Shown: positions 29,847-32,000 of the stretch, piece by piece
Layout: every line of letters starts with the position of its first letter
Position numbering within the stretch: the first letter of the stretch is position 1
Virus record (IMG/VR): IMGVR_UViG_3300029839_000129
Span: 11,317-43,316 of that record
Origin: a virus
Length of the DNA stretch: 32,000 nucleotides
Direction: 5' to 3' (one strand)
Translations under genes and position numbers: made by a program
The notes under the pieces: generated by a model
The model's input: the letters and a program-made list of their open reading frames with translations, nothing else
Told to the model about the DNA's origin: nothing
Databases searched by the model: none

Positions 29847-30545
29847 AACGGTCAGTCTTATGACAAAGACTGCATAGAAGACCTCCGGGTTTACCCCACC
29901 GTCGGGTCCCAGACCTACATAGACAACGCCTTCAGCGTCCGGCCCAAGAGCGCGGAGCTGCTGTATGCCGAGGTGAACGTCGAGGCCATCACCTTCAACA
30001 AGGGCTATTACACCGTAGACGTCACATATTTCTACAAGATAACGGGCGAGACCTTCCCCGGCGGGAACACCGTCACGGGACTCGCCATCTTCGACAAGCG
30101 CGTCATGCTCTGCGGCGGCGAGGGCACGGTAAAGACGTTCTCGTCCGACCTGTGCGACTGCAGCTGCGTGGACGACGGCATGCCCACCGCCTACGTCGAG
30201 GCCGTCGACCCCATAGCGCTGCACCTCAAGCTCGTAGACGCCAACTGCAACGTCTGCTGCGACAACGACAGACACGACATCCCGGCCTGCATCCTCGCCC
30301 GCTTCGGCGAGGCGCTGGTCACCACCGACACCGGCCGCAGGCTGTACGTCACCCTCGGCCAGTTCTCCATCATCCGCCTTGAGCGCGACACCCAGATGCT
30401 CATCCCGGCCTACGATTACTGCGTGCCCGAGAAGGAATGCGCCGGCGGCCGCTGCAACGACGACCCCTGCGAGATCTTCTCCCAGATCCGCTTCCCCGTC
30501 GAGGAGTTCTTCCCCTCCGGCGACTGCACCACGACCACCAGCTGA
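29847..30545 (+). pseudogene. Cys-rich host ORF, apparently 5'-truncated by prophage insertion. The alternative is an intact 190-aa gene starting at GTG 29973.
   Basis: The frame is open from 29847 with no ATG/GTG/TTG before 29973 and no well-spaced SD. The upstream in-frame translation looks like protein and is GC3-rich from ~29873. There are 13 Cys in the last 190 aa (CDCSC, CNVCC, CAGGRCNDDPC). Confidence 0.5.
29853..29872. other. 7-bp inverted repeat just past the integrase stop; candidate att-junction region
   Basis: CAGTCTT (29853-29859), 6 nt, AAGACTG (29866-29872), within the AT-rich stretch 29832-29872. Confidence 0.35.
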
Positions 30546-30551
30546 CAAAAT

Positions 30552-30596
30552 GGATGTGTCGCAGAAACGTGAGTTTCTGCGACACATCCATCCTTT
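30552..30596. terminator. Bidirectional rho-independent terminator between convergent host genes
   Basis: Perfect 17-bp stem GGATGTGTCGCAGAAAC (30552-30568) / GTTTCTGCGACACATCC (30573-30589) with a GTGA loop. Flanked by ACAAAA upstream and TTTTATT downstream. Confidence 0.85.
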
Positions 30597-30605
30597 TATT
30601 CTATC

Positions 30606-32000
30606 TTACGCGAGCTCGCGTCCCATGAGGACGCCCATGGCGGAGGCCATCATGAGGCCGCGGGTCCAGCCGGAGGAGTCGCCCAGGGCATGGAGGCCGG
30701 GGACATTGGTGTTGAAGCTGGTGTCCATCTTGACCTTGTTGGAGTAGAACTTCAGCTCCGGGGAATACAGCAGCGTCTCGTAGGATGCGAAGCCGGGGAC
30801 GACTTCGTCCATGGACTTGATGAAGTTGATGATGTTTATCATCGCGCGGTAAGGCATGGCGGCGGTGATGTCGCCCGCGACGGCGTCCACCAGGGTGGGA
30901 CGGACGTTGGAGTAGGCCAGCTCCTTCTCCCAGGTGCGCTTGCCGTCAAGTATGTCGCCGAAGCGCTGGACAAGGATGTGGCCGTTGGCCAGCATGTTGG
31001 TCAGCTCGCCGACCTTCTGCGCGTAGGCGATGGGCTGGTTGAAGGGCACGGAGAAGTTGTGTGAGCAGAGGATGGCGACGTTGGTGTTCGGGCTCTTGAG
31101 GTCGGCGCCCTTGAAGGCGTGGCCGTTGACGACGGCGAGGTCGTTGTCGTAGTTCTCCTGGCTCACGACGCCGCCGGGATTCTGGCAGAAGGTGCGGACC
31201 TTGTTCTTGAAGGGCTTCGGATAGCCGATGAGCTTGGACTCATAGAGGACGTCGTTTATCTCCTCCATGATCTCGTTCCTGACCTCGACGCGGACGCCGA
31301 TATCGACGGTGCTGGGCTGGTGCTCCACGCCGTGCTCGGAGCAAATCTTCTCCAGCCAGTCCGCGCCGCGGCGGCCGGTGGCGACGACGGTGTGCTCCGC
31401 GCGGATCTCAAAGTCCTTCTTGCCGTCCGTGAGGTACACGCCGCGGCAGACGTCGCCCTCCATGATGAGGTCGCGGCACTCGGTGTCGAAGTACATCTCG
31501 ACGCCGTGGTCCATGAGGTAGTGCTCTATGCCGAGGTAGACGTCGTGCGCCTTCTCGGTGCCCATGTGGCGGATGGGGCAGTCCACGAGCTTGAGTCCGG
31601 CCTTGATGGCGCGGGCGCGGATGCGGCGGACCTTCTCCTCGTTGCCGATGCCCTCGATGTGCTCGTCGGCGCCGAACTCGAGGTAGATCTTGTCGGCGTA
31701 GTCGATGGTCTCCTGGGCCAGGCGCTCGCCAATGAGCGTGGGCAGGTCGCCGCCGACCTCACAGGCCAGGGAGAGCTTGCCGTCCGAGAACGCGCCCGCG
31801 CCGGAAAAGCCCGTGGTGATATGGCAGACGGGCTTGCAGTTCATGCAGACGCCGGTCTTGGCCTTGGGGCAGCTGCGCTTTTCAAGGGCGCGGCCTTTCT
31901 CGACCATCACTATCTTCTTCTTGCTGCCCCGGCGCAGCATCTCGAGCGCCGTGAATATACCGGCAGGTCCCGCGCCGACGATGACGACATCTGCATTCAT
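30606..32000 (-). CDS. FAD/NAD(P)-binding oxidoreductase (COG2509-like), complete at 464 aa
   Basis: N-terminal dinucleotide-binding motif VVIVGAGPAGIFTA. ATG falls exactly at 32000 and the stop at 30606. Host-type housekeeping gene. Confidence 0.8.
   Translation of the reverse strand: MNADVVIVGAGPAGIFTALEMLRRGSKKKIVMVEKGRALEKRSCPKAKTGVCMNCKPVCHITTGFSGAGAFSDGKLSLACEVGGDLPTLIGERLAQETIDYADKIYLEFGADEHIEGIGNEEKVRRIRARAIKAGLKLVDCPIRHMGTEKAHDVYLGIEHYLMDHGVEMYFDTECRDLIMEGDVCRGVYLTDGKKDFEIRAEHTVVATGRRGADWLEKICSEHGVEHQPSTVDIGVRVEVRNEIMEEINDVLYESKLIGYPKPFKNKVRTFCQNPGGVVSQENYDNDLAVVNGHAFKGADLKSPNTNVAILCSHNFSVPFNQPIAYAQKVGELTNMLANGHILVQRFGDILDGKRTWEKELAYSNVRPTLVDAVAGDITAAMPYRAMINIINFIKSMDEVVPGFASYETLLYSPELKFYSNKVKMDTSFNTNVPGLHALGDSSGWTRGLMMASAMGVLMGRELA

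Larger units (their letters stand above)
1..29872. mobile_element. Prophage: right end plus ~29.9 kb of its genome. The left end lies outside the window.
   Basis: Uninterrupted set of lysogeny, early, packaging, head, fibre and lysis modules. Host-like genes appear only right of ~29.87 kb. The integrase stop is at 29831, followed by an AT-rich stretch at 29832-29872. Confidence 0.9.

Noticed and set aside
29841-30587. 248-aa minus-strand ORF
   Set aside because: It is antisense to the Cys-rich + strand ORF and would read through the 17-bp terminator stem. Its Gly/Ala/Val/Asp-rich translation is typical of a shadow frame.

Overview
About 29.9 kb of this window is the right-hand part of an integrated temperate phage. 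The host looks like a high-GC (~60%) Clostridia-type Firmicute, judged from AGGAGG-type RBSs, an XhlA/holin/GH25 lysis cassette, and SleB-like and SLH-like domains. The last ~2.1 kb is host DNA. Nearly all phage genes run right to left on the minus strand.

Phage layout, right to left:
- 28.3-29.8 kb: large serine integrase (+ strand).
- 27.2-28.2 kb: Gp49/HigB-like toxin, HTH antitoxin and one orphan gene.
- 26.4-27.1 kb: CI-like/Cro-like switch with two divergent near-consensus promoters.
- 23.9-26.4 kb: a mosaic early region of small HTH genes, interrupted by + strand expression cassettes built from exact repeats.
- 16.5-23.9 kb: early genes, including an anchored SleB-like hydrolase, a DUF4406-like protein, a Dam-type methyltransferase and a possible HUH-type Rep.
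- 9.3-16.4 kb: terS, terL, a 709-aa portal, scaffold, decoration-like protein, capsid and a connector candidate.
- 7.4-9.3 kb: a 632-aa (GPT)n collagen-like fibre.
- 4.6-7.0 kb: two paralogous fibre genes flanking a GT2-TPR glycosyltransferase.
- 2.5-4.6 kb: endolysin, holin, XhlA.
- 1-2.5 kb: three more structural-looking genes, the last cut by the window edge.

Host DNA holds a Cys-rich ORF that appears 5'-truncated by the prophage, a bidirectional terminator, and a complete FAD-dependent oxidoreductase gene.

I found no tRNA, rRNA, CRISPR array, transposase or reverse transcriptase. Many long ORFs in the supplied track are antisense shadow ORFs typical of high-GC DNA.

The points most worth following up:
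- the SprA-like integrase next to a split host gene;
- the duplicated fibre cassette carrying a fossil endolysin start and a glycosyltransferase;
- the repeat-built promoter/terminator cassettes that fire head-on into the early lytic operon;
- a ~0.5 kb gene-poor unit that has its own promoter and terminator.

All family names come from motif recognition by eye. None has been checked by a database search.
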